From positions 186,001 to 250,000 of IMG/VR virus record IMGVR_UViG_3300017917_001342: 64,000 bases of DNA; one strand, given 5' to 3'. The translations under genes and the position numbers were made by a program. Below, one piece after another: positions 37,457 through 47,089 of the stretch (positions within the stretch are counted from its first letter, which is position 1; each line of letters starts with the position of its first letter). The notes under the pieces were generated by a model. It worked only from the letters and a program-made list of their open reading frames with translations. It did no database searches and was not told the DNA's origin.

Positions 37457-37542
37457 CAGCATTGCCATTGTTTAACGAGTATTTGCTTGGTACAATTAAA
37501 TTTAAGTAAGGTTAGCCGGCCACAAGCGGTAAAGGAGAGTAA

Positions 37543-40311
37543 ATGAGTTACGTTGATGCAATCATTGACAAAGAAAAGAATACTATTTTTGTTGCAGAAC
37601 GTGCGCCAGACGGGCGTAGAATACTAACAGAACACCCGACAAAATATGTAGTGTATTGGCCAAGTGATCGAGGACAATGGACCAGTATACACGGTGTTAA
37701 ATTAACACGCTTTCAAACAAATAAAAGCAAAGATTTCCAAAGAGAACTTGGTGTAATACCAAAAGCCAAACAGCACGAAAGCGATATTAATCCAATCTTT
37801 CGCTGTTTATACGACAACTACAGAGATGCGCCAAGTCCAGACCTACATGTTGGACTGTTCGACATTGAAGTAGACTTTGATCCAGAACGTGGATTTTCTA
37901 GTCCAGATGATGCATTTGCACCAATCACAGCAATTTCAATCTGGCTAAACTGGATGGACCGTTGTTTTACGCTGGCTATCAAACCGAAAACTATGAGTAC
38001 AGAAGCTGCAAAGACAGTGTGTGATAGTTTTCCGGACACTATGCTATGCAACACAGAAAAAGAACTGCTAGACATATTTCTCACACTGATCGAAGACTGC
38101 GACATTCTAAGTGGTTGGAACTCAGAAGGCTTTGATATTCCCTATATCTATAACCGTGTAGTGCAGGTATTAGGCAAAAGTGAAACTGCGAGAATGTGTC
38201 TTTGGGGCAAGTATCCAAAGAAGCGTGAATATGAAAGTTATGGTCGTCAAACTATCACCTATGATCTAGTAGGTCGTGTACACTTAGACTATCTACAACT
38301 TTATCGCAAACACACCTATCACGAAATGCACAGCTATAGACTTGATGCAATTGGTGAATATGAAGTAGGTGAACGTAAAACACAGTATGAAGGCACTCTT
38401 GATCAGCTCTACAACAATGACTTTAAAAAGTTCATTGAATACAACAGACAAGACGTTTTACTGCTAGCTAAAATTGATGCAAAGCTAAAGTTCATTGAAC
38501 TGTCTAACAATCTTGCACATACCAACTGTGTGTTGCTGCAAACTACAATGGGCGCTGTGGCACTTATTGACCAAGCTATTGTCAATGCTGCTAGAGACTT
38601 AGAGTTAATTGTACCTAGTAGAGTTCGAGAAACTGAAGCTGAACGTGAAGAGCGTTGGGCAGAAGAAACTGAGATGGGCGGCTCTGTGGTTGGTGCATAT
38701 GTTGCTGATCCAAAACCTGGTATGCACGATTGGATCGGCGGTGTTGACATCAACAGTCTGTATCCGTCAGTGATTCGTGCGCTAAACATGAGTCCAGAAA
38801 CTATTCTTGGACATATACGTCCAGACGTTACTGATGCATTTGTACTTAACAAAGTCAAAAACGAAAAGAAAACTTTTGCAGACGCATGGAACGGTGTATT
38901 CGGTACACTGGAATATCAAGAAGTAATGGAACAGTCTGCTAAGGTTATCACGGTTGATTTCGAAGATGGTACTAGTGCGCAGGTAACTGCTAAAGAAGTC
39001 TATAATCTAGTTTGGAACAGCGGTAAGAAACTAACACTCAGCGCAAACGGTACTATATTTGACTATAGCAAACCTGGACTTATTCCGGGCGTGTTGTCTC
39101 GCTGGTACAGAGAACGTAAAGAACTACAGGCTGAATATAAAAAGTGGGCAAAGCTTGCAGATGAAGCTACAGATCCTGATCAAAAATCAGAGTGCAAAAA
39201 GAAAGCTGAGTTTTATGATCAACGCCAATTGATCAAGAAGATTTTGCTTAACAGTTTGTATGGCGCTATCGGTAACCCAGGCAGTCGCTGGTATGATCCA
39301 AGAGTTGCACAGAGTACTACACTTAGCGGTCGCTGTGTTGTTAAACACATGAGCAGTAAGATTAATGAAATTATCACTGGTGAATACAATCACGTTGGTA
39401 AAGCAATTATCTATGGTGACACTGACTCTGCATACTTTACAGCGTTTACAACTATGCGTGATAATCCAGAGTTTGCGGACTATGACTGGAGTAAAGACAA
39501 TGTAATTGATCTCTATGATAAAATTGCAGACATTACCAACGCTAGTTTCCCAGAGTTTATGTATAGAGCATTTGGGTGCCCAGATGAAAACGGTAAGATC
39601 ATTCGCGCAGCACGAGAACTCTGTGCAGCAAAAGGTCTGTTTATTACCAAGAAACGCTATGCTGTTTTAATCTATGACAAAGAAGGCAAGCGTAAAGATC
39701 AGAATGGTAAACCCGGCGAGATCAAAGCAATGGGTCTTGATCTTAAACGCAGTGATACTCCAAAAACTGTGCAAGACTTTTTGCAAAGCATACTGATATC
39801 TGTGCTTACAGGTGTTAAGAAAGAATCTGTGCTGCAACAGATTATGGACTTCCGCAAAGAATTCCGTAGCTGGCCGGGTTGGGAAAAAGGTTCACCTAAG
39901 CGTGCAAACAACATCACACACCACGCTCGCAATCAAGAGATTATGGAAAAGGTCAACTTCAACAAAGTTGGTAGTGACAGCAAGCGTGCAATGGTACCAG
40001 GGCATGTGCTTGCAAGTCTTAACTGGAACAAACTCAAGCGAATCTACAATGACAACTACAGTATGCCAATTCAAGATGGACAGAAGGTTATTGTATGTAA
40101 ACTAAAACCAAATCCCAGTGGTATGACCAGTGTGGCATATCCAACAGATGAACTTAAACTACCACAATGGTTTAAAGATTTACCGTTTGATCATGATGCA
40201 ATGGAAGAAGCACTGATTGATAAGAAGCTTGATAACCTGCTTGGTGTGTTAAAGTGGAACGTAAATGACAACAAGGCCAATACCAGCTTTGATGATCTGT
40301 TTAGTTTTTAA
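37543..40311 (+). CDS. Family-B DNA polymerase (T4 gp43-like)
   Basis: Exonuclease motifs DIEVD, GWNSEGFDIPY, YNRQD; polymerase motifs DINSLYPS, KILLNSLYG, YGDTDS, KKRY; no intein or intron. Confidence 0.97.
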   Translation: MSYVDAIIDKEKNTIFVAERAPDGRRILTEHPTKYVVYWPSDRGQWTSIHGVKLTRFQTNKSKDFQRELGVIPKAKQHESDINPIFRCLYDNYRDAPSPDLHVGLFDIEVDFDPERGFSSPDDAFAPITAISIWLNWMDRCFTLAIKPKTMSTEAAKTVCDSFPDTMLCNTEKELLDIFLTLIEDCDILSGWNSEGFDIPYIYNRVVQVLGKSETARMCLWGKYPKKREYESYGRQTITYDLVGRVHLDYLQLYRKHTYHEMHSYRLDAIGEYEVGERKTQYEGTLDQLYNNDFKKFIEYNRQDVLLLAKIDAKLKFIELSNNLAHTNCVLLQTTMGAVALIDQAIVNAARDLELIVPSRVRETEAEREERWAEETEMGGSVVGAYVADPKPGMHDWIGGVDINSLYPSVIRALNMSPETILGHIRPDVTDAFVLNKVKNEKKTFADAWNGVFGTLEYQEVMEQSAKVITVDFEDGTSAQVTAKEVYNLVWNSGKKLTLSANGTIFDYSKPGLIPGVLSRWYRERKELQAEYKKWAKLADEATDPDQKSECKKKAEFYDQRQLIKKILLNSLYGAIGNPGSRWYDPRVAQSTTLSGRCVVKHMSSKINEIITGEYNHVGKAIIYGDTDSAYFTAFTTMRDNPEFADYDWSKDNVIDLYDKIADITNASFPEFMYRAFGCPDENGKIIRAARELCAAKGLFITKKRYAVLIYDKEGKRKDQNGKPGEIKAMGLDLKRSDTPKTVQDFLQSILISVLTGVKKESVLQQIMDFRKEFRSWPGWEKGSPKRANNITHHARNQEIMEKVNFNKVGSDSKRAMVPGHVLASLNWNKLKRIYNDNYSMPIQDGQKVIVCKLKPNPSGMTSVAYPTDELKLPQWFKDLPFDHDAMEEALIDKKLDNLLGVLKWNVNDNKANTSFDDLFSF

Positions 40312-40360
40312 CACATTGACAAATGGCCACAGTTAGACAATACTTTTATATGAGGATACT

Positions 40361-40585
40361 ATGACAAAAACTACAGAAGACGACAGCGAAGGACTTGCAT
40401 ATTCACCGCAAGATCTCAAAACACTGTTTGAAGCATTTCAGATTGCACCAAGTTGGCTAAGCAAGCGTTTTATTATGAAAGAGCTTTGCGGATGGAATGA
40501 CGCAGCAATCGAACAAAACGTTAAACTAATGACAGAAGAACAGGCACAGCATGCCAAAGGCAATAAAATAGGAGCATACAGATGA
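40361..40585 (+). CDS. Small hypothetical protein
   Basis: GAGG RBS; ATGA-coupled to the next gene; WLSKRFIMKELCGW motif. Confidence 0.75.
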   Translation: MTKTTEDDSEGLAYSPQDLKTLFEAFQIAPSWLSKRFIMKELCGWNDAAIEQNVKLMTEEQAQHAKGNKIGAYR

Positions 40586-41319
40586 AGGACTATATTCAAG
40601 ATTTAACTAAAAACGTAGTCAGCACGGGATTTTTTGATAAGATCAAAATCACTGCTGACAAAAAAGGTGTTGCTATCGAAGCACTGGAAAAAGACAAAGA
40701 AGTAGTGTTCAAAGGTTCTTTTGCTGATGCACTAGAAGGTGTTGAGGGCGAGTTCGGACTTAGCAATCTCAGCTTGCTGAGTCACATTGCAAACGACAGC
40801 GAATTCAACAGCAAAGACAGTAAACTAGAAGTGGTATATGATACCAAAAACGGTGAAAAGATTGCAGTTGAACTTACCTATGTTAACAAAAGTAAGAGCT
40901 ACATCAACTATCGTTTTATGAGCAAGCAACTGATTCCAGATCAGCCAAAGTTCATGCAGCCACAATGGGATGTTGTAATTAAGCCAAGCAAGGCTCACGT
41001 ACAGCAGTTTGCATGGGCTAGCAGCGGTCTTGGTGCGTATGAACAGTATTTTATTCCTAAGATTCAAAATGGTGAACTCAAGTTCTTCATCGGTGAAGAA
41101 GATACTGCAAATCAACGTGGTGGGGTTGTATTTGCTACTGGACTAAGTGAAAAGTTTGAAGCACAGCACAAGTGGAAGATTCAACACATTATGACTGTGC
41201 TTAAGCTTGCAGACAATGCCGATTGTGAAATGGCCTTTAGTAATAAGGGTGTGATTCAAATCACTCTTAACACTGGGCTTGGTAACTATCGTTTCATCTT
41301 CCCAGCAAAGGTGCGCTAA
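40582..41319 (+). CDS. Probable sliding clamp (gp45-like)
   Basis: 245 aa, alpha/beta pattern with GEFGLSNL and INYRFMS; position after the polymerase. Confidence 0.7.
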   Translation: MKDYIQDLTKNVVSTGFFDKIKITADKKGVAIEALEKDKEVVFKGSFADALEGVEGEFGLSNLSLLSHIANDSEFNSKDSKLEVVYDTKNGEKIAVELTYVNKSKSYINYRFMSKQLIPDQPKFMQPQWDVVIKPSKAHVQQFAWASSGLGAYEQYFIPKIQNGELKFFIGEEDTANQRGGVVFATGLSEKFEAQHKWKIQHIMTVLKLADNADCEMAFSNKGVIQITLNTGLGNYRFIFPAKVR

Positions 41320-41696
41320 TGCAGCATCCACATCACGCAGTTACTGAGTTTCATGAGGCGTTTGATCTTATGATTAACTCTACTCCGGTATTACCAGATC
41401 CTGCTACAAGAGATCTGCGTAGAAAACTGTTGGAAGAAGAATTTAACGAATATATCACAGCAGAAGCTGAAGATGATATCGTTGAAATTGCAGATGCACT
41501 TGCAGACTTGATCTACATTGCCTGCGGTACAGCAGTTGCCTACGGTATACCGCTTGATAAAGTGTTTGCAGAAGTGCATCGCAGCAATATGGCTAAACTG
41601 GTAGACGGTAAAGTTATACGTAGAGAAGATGGCAAAGTGTTGAAACCTGCAGGCTGGACACCGCCAGACATAAAGTCTATACTAGACGCACATTAA
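41319..41696 (+). CDS. MazG-like / PRA-PH-family nucleoside triphosphate pyrophosphohydrolase
   Basis: EEEFNE...EIADALADLIY...EVHRSNMAK...DGKVLKP. Confidence 0.9.
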   Translation: MQHPHHAVTEFHEAFDLMINSTPVLPDPATRDLRRKLLEEEFNEYITAEAEDDIVEIADALADLIYIACGTAVAYGIPLDKVFAEVHRSNMAKLVDGKVIRREDGKVLKPAGWTPPDIKSILDAH

Positions 41697-41718
41697 CTGC
41701 TCCTTAAAATGTGCGAAA

Positions 41719-41756
41719 TTATGCCGTGTAAGTTTGATGCTTACACGGCATAAATA
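41719..41756 (+). promoter_or_regulatory. Perfect 14-bp inverted repeat overlapping a TAAATA late promoter
   Basis: TTATGCCGTGTAAG-7 nt-CTTACACGGCATAA; TAAATA at 41751-41756. Confidence 0.7.
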
Positions 41757-41782
41757 TCTCACGCATTACTTGAGGTTACTTT

Positions 41783-42649
41783 ATGGCTAATTTTCCATTG
41801 AGAGCAATACCGTCGCTTAAGACTTATCTTAAAGAAGCCGACGAAGATAAAAAGACTAAAACTGCAACTGCAACGGACACAGACGATCTCAAGAAGATGT
41901 TTGAGCCGCAAAAAGATCAACCAATTGCCAAAGTTGACAAACCGGGTGAAAAATCATCAGAAACTCCAAAAGCTGATGCACCAAAATTAAAGGCTGCATC
42001 TGCTGCGGATACTGCCCGTGCAATGCGTGGCGTCAGTGCTACAGACGACATGCGAGACATGCTGAGCAGGATGAATGTGCCAGACGAACTGGTAGACCGC
42101 GAACCGGAACTTGATAAAACCGATGGCGAAGAACCAAAGCCACCAACTCCAAGCGATGTACCTGCTGTTATCAGTCGTGCAATTGCTACAACTGATCCTA
42201 ATGCAGTGGATCCAAAATTCCATCAGGTTAAGAATCTACCTGGTTACATGAGCCGCGCAATTCGTGCAATGGGTCGTGAAACATTTAAGAACTATACAGA
42301 TACACCAATTGAAGAAATCAGTGTTATTGCTAATCTAGGCGGACAGGGTCCAAACAGTGAGCGAGAACTCAACGGTGTATCAGCTTGGCTCAAGCACAAT
42401 GCAAAAGAAATTGACAAAGGTACACTTGACTTTGGTCAGATGATGCCAGGATATCAAGCACAGACTATTCGATTCTCTACACAGGGTGTGCAGTTCCTTG
42501 TTGTGCGTGACTTTGCAGGTGGTTACATATATGCATGGCCAGAAGGTGCGGCAGGTAACGAAATAGCAGGACCTAAATCAACACCTGCATTAGCTGCACC
42601 TAGCGACGACGATGATTTAGAGTCGCTAATGAAAAAATACGGAGTCTAA
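41783..42649 (+). CDS. Hypothetical putative internal virion protein
   Basis: Leader ...SLKTYLKE/A, low-complexity N-half, globular C-domain FHQVKNLPGY...IRAMGR. Confidence 0.75.
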   Translation: MANFPLRAIPSLKTYLKEADEDKKTKTATATDTDDLKKMFEPQKDQPIAKVDKPGEKSSETPKADAPKLKAASAADTARAMRGVSATDDMRDMLSRMNVPDELVDREPELDKTDGEEPKPPTPSDVPAVISRAIATTDPNAVDPKFHQVKNLPGYMSRAIRAMGRETFKNYTDTPIEEISVIANLGGQGPNSERELNGVSAWLKHNAKEIDKGTLDFGQMMPGYQAQTIRFSTQGVQFLVVRDFAGGYIYAWPEGAAGNEIAGPKSTPALAAPSDDDDLESLMKKYGV

Positions 42650-42651
42650 TA

Positions 42652-42679
42652 AAAAACAGCGTCGAAAGACGCTGTTTTT
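42652..42679. terminator. Bidirectional terminator between convergent blocks
   Basis: AAAAACAGCGTC-GAAA-GACGCTGTTTTT. Confidence 0.9.
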
Positions 42680-42683
42680 GTTT

Positions 42684-43277
42684 TTATTCTGCGCTAAGCA
42701 CAATATCGTAAATTTCTTCCCAGTCTTTAACCATTTGTATTTCTGGGTGTTCAAAACTAAAATTGTGTCCGTGTGCTACCAGCAAGCTACGCATTCCTAG
42801 ATCTGAACCGCACACAGCATTTTCAATCTTATCTTCGATCCACCACACACCTGTATCCTTGTATGGTTGCAGTGCTTCATGCTTGCCAGCGTTGGTAGGC
42901 AAAAACACAAAGTTACGAAATGCAGTTTCGCCAAACAGTTTGAAAAGATTCTTCTTACGCAGTTGTTGCGCATAGGTGTTTGTGCTGAGACTGGTTACAA
43001 CATCAAACACATATCCATGTTTTTCATGTAGCAGTTTAACGTAATAAGCAGCATCACGCAGTGCTGGCAAGAACCCAATTGCAGCACTTTCGTTGAACAG
43101 TCTGATAAGCTGCATACTTTCTTTTTTACTGATACCGTACCTGAGATCCATTTCGTAGGCTTTGATGTGTTCTGGCACTATGATATGTCCGTGTTCTTCC
43201 ATCCATAGTGCAAAAGCCCATTCCCAATTGCAAAGTACTCCGTCGCAATCTGTGACTATGAGTTTAGGTTTATCCAT
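42684..43277 (-). CDS. HAD-superfamily phosphatase (5'-nucleotidase / T4 30.2-like)
   Basis: TDCDGVL, VVTS, K, WIEDKIEN. Confidence 0.85.
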   Translation of the reverse strand: MDKPKLIVTDCDGVLCNWEWAFALWMEEHGHIIVPEHIKAYEMDLRYGISKKESMQLIRLFNESAAIGFLPALRDAAYYVKLLHEKHGYVFDVVTSLSTNTYAQQLRKKNLFKLFGETAFRNFVFLPTNAGKHEALQPYKDTGVWWIEDKIENAVCGSDLGMRSLLVAHGHNFSFEHPEIQMVKDWEEIYDIVLSAE

Positions 43278-43279
43278 TT

Positions 43280-44026
43280 TTACCCCTTGATAATATTGAT
43301 AATTTTTGTGTAATTCAGGCGAGTTTCTGCAACATCTTCATTGTTATAATGACGACGATGATCTTTAACTCGTCCGCTGACAGTGAGTACATCACCGTCA
43401 TTGTGTTTGGTTTTGTTAAAGAAACTTACCACATAGTTTTCATCTGTAATACAGGTATGTGAATACACGCCAAACTGTTGACTGTATCGCGCACTGAGTA
43501 CTTTGGCATTGACTTTGACAACATCGCCGACAGGTGCAAGATACTCATTCTTTGCACCAAAGAACACATCTTGTGTTTTTTGATTTTTTTCAATGTTTTC
43601 TGCCAAATTGACTACATAGCAAAGACGTTTCATGTCTCGACTAGTGACAGTGTCTTTGTTAAGAATCACACTGAGTTCGCGCATAAACGGATTGACTTTG
43701 CCCTGCATGATTTCGAACATAGAAGTCTGCATAACGAGCTCGCGCATCTCAACAGCACGAGTTTTATGGTCATCGTTGATAGACAATTCAACATTGACTG
43801 TATGAGCATCATTGTGCCAATGAGAAAAGCCAAGGTTGCACATTACAGTAACATGCAACCCCGGTACCCAGCGATATTCAACATCATAGTCATTGTCAAC
43901 CTTGCTATTATAGGTATAGATCTCCTGCACAATTTCTCGATTGGCACGATTTTTAGTCCAGCCTTGAGCTCGATATTCGTCCCATGCTGCAACAATAACA
44001 GCAACGGCGTCAAGTGTATTAATCAT
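43280..44026 (-). CDS. Hypothetical protein with C-terminal OB-fold-like domain
   Basis: YLAPVGDVV...VSGRVKDH...ETRLNY; has its own promoter. Confidence 0.7.
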   Translation of the reverse strand: MINTLDAVAVIVAAWDEYRAQGWTKNRANREIVQEIYTYNSKVDNDYDVEYRWVPGLHVTVMCNLGFSHWHNDAHTVNVELSINDDHKTRAVEMRELVMQTSMFEIMQGKVNPFMRELSVILNKDTVTSRDMKRLCYVVNLAENIEKNQKTQDVFFGAKNEYLAPVGDVVKVNAKVLSARYSQQFGVYSHTCITDENYVVSFFNKTKHNDGDVLTVSGRVKDHRRHYNNEDVAETRLNYTKIINIIKG

Positions 44027-44085
44027 GATGCAGACCTTCTATTGCAGTGTTTGTTACAGCTACAATAGCATCACATCTAGTGCTG

Positions 44086-44346
44086 TCAACCCGCACTACA
44101 TCGAATACCGATGTTTTCTAGCATAGATTTAGCAAGTAGGTAATCTGCATCTTCTACATAGTCATTGTAATAGTCGTCGCTGATTACAATAGTATTGTCA
44201 TCGTCGATGATGTCGAAAATCAAATTAATCAATTCAATTTGATCCATTTCGTCAAACCATTGACTTTTTCTACCATCGAAGTCTGAACTGTATGTGACAA
44301 ACCATGAACTAATAGTGTATGGGCTACTTACTGAAATACCTGCCAT
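44086..44346 (-). CDS. Acidic hypothetical protein
   Basis: AAGGA RBS, 86 aa, in the minus-strand gene array. Confidence 0.65.
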   Translation of the reverse strand: MAGISVSSPYTISSWFVTYSSDFDGRKSQWFDEMDQIELINLIFDIIDDDNTIVISDDYYNDYVEDADYLLAKSMLENIGIRCSAG

Positions 44347-44362
44347 TTTATTTTCCTTTTTA

Positions 44363-44743
44363 TTAAACGATTACTCGTTGGCGGTTTTGAGTTTCTGCAT
44401 TTTTTCCATAGAGACACACACCACGTTTGCGAATCAAAGTGGCCATGCCTTGTGGATTAACGTCAAACATTTCTTTTACATGCTCTTCGGTAACGCCGTC
44501 GGGCATAGTGATAGCATACATTTCGTAATTGCGCTGCGGATTATATCTTGCACGCAACTGCAACATTGGAATCAGTTCACCAACGTCAACGTCTTTATAC
44601 ACTTCACCTTTCAGTGTTGCTTCAATACGCTTACGATCATACCCGTCCATATCTACTACAGTTTCGAGGCCGTAGCAGTCCCAGAACAGCAGAAAACGAT
44701 GCGGATCTTCTTGCTCTAAATCTTCTTCCCAATCGTCGTTCAT
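44363..44743 (-). CDS. Hypothetical protein
   Basis: WDCYGLE...LRARYNPQRNYEMY motif; tight gene packing. Confidence 0.75.
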   Translation of the reverse strand: MNDDWEEDLEQEDPHRFLLFWDCYGLETVVDMDGYDRKRIEATLKGEVYKDVDVGELIPMLQLRARYNPQRNYEMYAITMPDGVTEEHVKEMFDVNPQGMATLIRKRGVCLYGKNAETQNRQRVIV

Positions 44744-44751
44744 AATTGTTC

Positions 44752-44940
44752 TTACTGTTGGAAATCAAAATGATTTAGAATAAAACCGCCAACTGGACAA
44801 AAACCCTTGTCATAGTTGTCGTCGGCAACGTCTGCACACTCTTTGATGATCATTTTTGCAAACTGCACATAATCAAGATCTGCACGTTCCCAATTTTCGG
44901 CGCGGCATTTTTCAGCAATAGCTTCGATACGATTAGTCAT
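44752..44940 (-). CDS. Small hypothetical protein (paralogue of 44937..45194)
   Basis: Shared FAxxI(I/V)xEC...xHF motif. Confidence 0.75.
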   Translation of the reverse strand: MTNRIEAIAEKCRAENWERADLDYVQFAKMIIKECADVADDNYDKGFCPVGGFILNHFDFQQ

Positions 44941-45194
44941 TTTTTGACTCCAAAATGTTCAACTAGTTTAGCAGATAGATCTTCGCGCCATAATGCGTCG
45001 AAGTCTCTTTGATAGTCTTCATTGAAATATCGAATACATTCGTCAACAATTGACTCAGCAAACTTTTCAAGCGAACCTGGATTGTTAAGCGACTCTTGCC
45101 AAATACGTACAGGTTCAACACCTGTTTCAACATCTGCCCATTTAGTTTGTTTCAAGCCAGCAGCTTTAGCTAGTTCTTTGAACTTTGGATTCAT
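44937..45194 (-). CDS. Small hypothetical protein
   Basis: MNPKFKELA...EKFAESIVDEC...EHFGV. Confidence 0.75.
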   Translation of the reverse strand: MNPKFKELAKAAGLKQTKWADVETGVEPVRIWQESLNNPGSLEKFAESIVDECIRYFNEDYQRDFDALWREDLSAKLVEHFGVKK

Positions 45195-45439
45195 TGAGTT
45201 TTTTCCAATGCGGCCTTGGCTTGTGACATATAGGGTTCGGTGTCGATTTTGCGCAGCAAACGTTTGTATCCGTTTTTAACTAACACATCTGCAACATCGT
45301 CTTGCTGTACTTTGTCTTCGTAGTAGACCGTAGCACTACCACCCCAAGGTTTAGTACTACGGTCAGTAATACGAGTGTCATTGACATATACTGCACCGGA
45401 CGCTGCTACAGTCAGTGAAACACGTTTATTGCTCATCAC
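45191..45439 (-). CDS. Hypothetical protein
   Basis: Coupled overlaps on both sides. Confidence 0.7.
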   Translation of the reverse strand: MMSNKRVSLTVAASGAVYVNDTRITDRSTKPWGGSATVYYEDKVQQDDVADVLVKNGYKRLLRKIDTEPYMSQAKAALEKTQ

Positions 45440-45621
45440 ACTTCGCCGAAGTAGCGAATTTCTGCACCGTATTGCTTGTGCCGAGATTCAACTTGATTGC
45501 GAGCTTGTTGATTGTCACGAGCTTCGACAATAGTCTCGTAATAATCAGCAGTGGTGTAGTGTGCATTCTGCCCCGGAGGAAGATAGGGTTGAACGCCGAA
45601 TTTATACTTCTTGTATTGCAT
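45436..45621 (-). CDS. Small hypothetical protein
   Basis: GAGGT RBS, 61 aa. Confidence 0.65.
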   Translation of the reverse strand: MQYKKYKFGVQPYLPPGQNAHYTTADYYETIVEARDNQQARNQVESRHKQYGAEIRYFGEV

Positions 45622-45630
45622 TTTATCACC

Positions 45631-46101
45631 TCATGCAGTTTCGTTGTTGATCATCATAAGTTCGATATAGAACCGATGGTATTTTTCCATACGATCCAAG
45701 TCTTTCTGTGTGACACCCTTGAGGCGACGCACATCAGTGTTGTGACGAAGATCAGCCATCTTAACTTTCACAGCATCTGGATTGCATGCAACCCGAACCT
45801 TGTAGTCGTCATAGCTTTCGCCGGGCATCTTAGTCAGCGAACGGATACCTTCGATGATACGATCTGTGAACCCCATTTCTTTGAGTTCAGAAAACGTAGT
45901 ATCAGTGTCTTCTACAAGATCATGTGCAAGAGCAATGCACTGAAGTTCTTCATCATCAGTTTTGAGATAGTGCATCACTTTGAGCGGATGCAGGATGTAG
46001 GGATTCTTACCACGATCAAACTGACCAGCATGACGATTCGTAGCCAGCACAAGCATCTTACCAAGCAGTTCGCCCTTTTGAATTTTGTGTTCTTTTGTCA
46101 T
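45631..46101 (-). CDS. Stand-alone HD-domain (p)ppGpp hydrolase-like protein (SpoT-HD/Mesh1 type)
   Basis: HAGQFDRGKNPYILHP, ALAHDLVEDT, VKMADLRHN; start moved to the ATG after AGGAG. Confidence 0.85.
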   Translation of the reverse strand: MTKEHKIQKGELLGKMLVLATNRHAGQFDRGKNPYILHPLKVMHYLKTDDEELQCIALAHDLVEDTDTTFSELKEMGFTDRIIEGIRSLTKMPGESYDDYKVRVACNPDAVKVKMADLRHNTDVRRLKGVTQKDLDRMEKYHRFYIELMMINNETA

Positions 46102-46150
46102 CGCCATCTCCTGTGTTTGCATTACAACAATAGCAGAATCTAACGCAGTG

Positions 46151-46354
46151 TCAACCGCGTTTCTTCAAATCTGCCAACTCAAAGATTGCACAGTTCAGAG
46201 TGTGTTCACCCCGGGTCAGTGTGGCAATGGCCATCGGCCATTGCCCAAGTTCTTTGCAGACACGCTCGGCCGTGTCCATGCCATGTTCGGCACAGTTGCT
46301 TTCCACAACGCGATAGGCACCTTCACGAAACATTGCATAGATATCGTAAGTCAT
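46151..46354 (-). CDS. Small hypothetical protein
   Basis: Own promoter and AAGGA RBS. Confidence 0.7.
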   Translation of the reverse strand: MTYDIYAMFREGAYRVVESNCAEHGMDTAERVCKELGQWPMAIATLTRGEHTLNCAIFELADLKKRG

Positions 46355-46417
46355 AGCGTGTTCCTTTGCTGTGTTGCTGCGTTGTGTTTAGCATGTCACA
46401 TAAACAGTGTCAACCGG

Positions 46418-46822
46418 TTAATGGAATCGATAAACGTCGTGGCAGTCTTTCAGCTTGCAACGTTTCACAACGATTTCTTGCAAGCTGCTGCCCCAACCGC
46501 TGAACGATTTGTATTTGATCGGAGTACCGTTAGCATGATATGCCACAGGCTGTTCACTTTCGGGCAAGCGCGAGATATTCCAATCACGTTCGCAATCATA
46601 CAGCGTTTTAGCAGCAGTCATAGCAGCTTCACGATCACCATAGAAGTCGATTGCTTGATAGCAAGGTGTATCGTCGCGATTAAAGCTGTCATAGGTAGTA
46701 TAGATAGCAAACACCACCCAACCTTCTTCAACGCTGTCGTCGGTGCAGTTGAAGCTTTCATAGTCAGTGCCTTGCGGCTTTTCACGGTACAGGTCGAACC
46801 CAGTCAAGTCTAAGTAATACAT
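46418..46822 (-). CDS. Hypothetical protein
   Basis: Own promoter and AAGGAG RBS. Confidence 0.75.
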   Translation of the reverse strand: MYYLDLTGFDLYREKPQGTDYESFNCTDDSVEEGWVVFAIYTTYDSFNRDDTPCYQAIDFYGDREAAMTAAKTLYDCERDWNISRLPESEQPVAYHANGTPIKYKSFSGWGSSLQEIVVKRCKLKDCHDVYRFH

Positions 46823-46873
46823 AGTGTCGCTCCTTGTTTACAACTATGCAAATAGCAGAATCTGTTAACAGTG

Positions 46874-47089
46874 TCAACGTTTCTTGATTGATTTTTTGCC
46901 TTTTTCTGTTAGGCGTACAAATCCAACTCGATCTTTGTTGATTGCAAATTCAACTAAGTCACCTGCGTCTATTGCACGATTTTGCACATGTGAAAACAGA
47001 GGTGCACCTACTCGTTTCCACCCATTGACTATTTCTTTAGAGCGATAAACAAGTTCAAGTAATGCTCTAGTCTCGCTATTGATTGCCAT
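46874..47089 (-). CDS. Small hypothetical protein (possible winged-helix fragment)
   Basis: GDLVE...VRLTEKGK C-terminus. Confidence 0.6.
   Translation of the reverse strand: MAINSETRALLELVYRSKEIVNGWKRVGAPLFSHVQNRAIDAGDLVEFAINKDRVGFVRLTEKGKKSIKKR

Noticed and set aside
37543-40311. Intein or intron in the DNA polymerase
   Set aside because: Length (922 aa) and motif spacing are normal, with no splice-junction motifs
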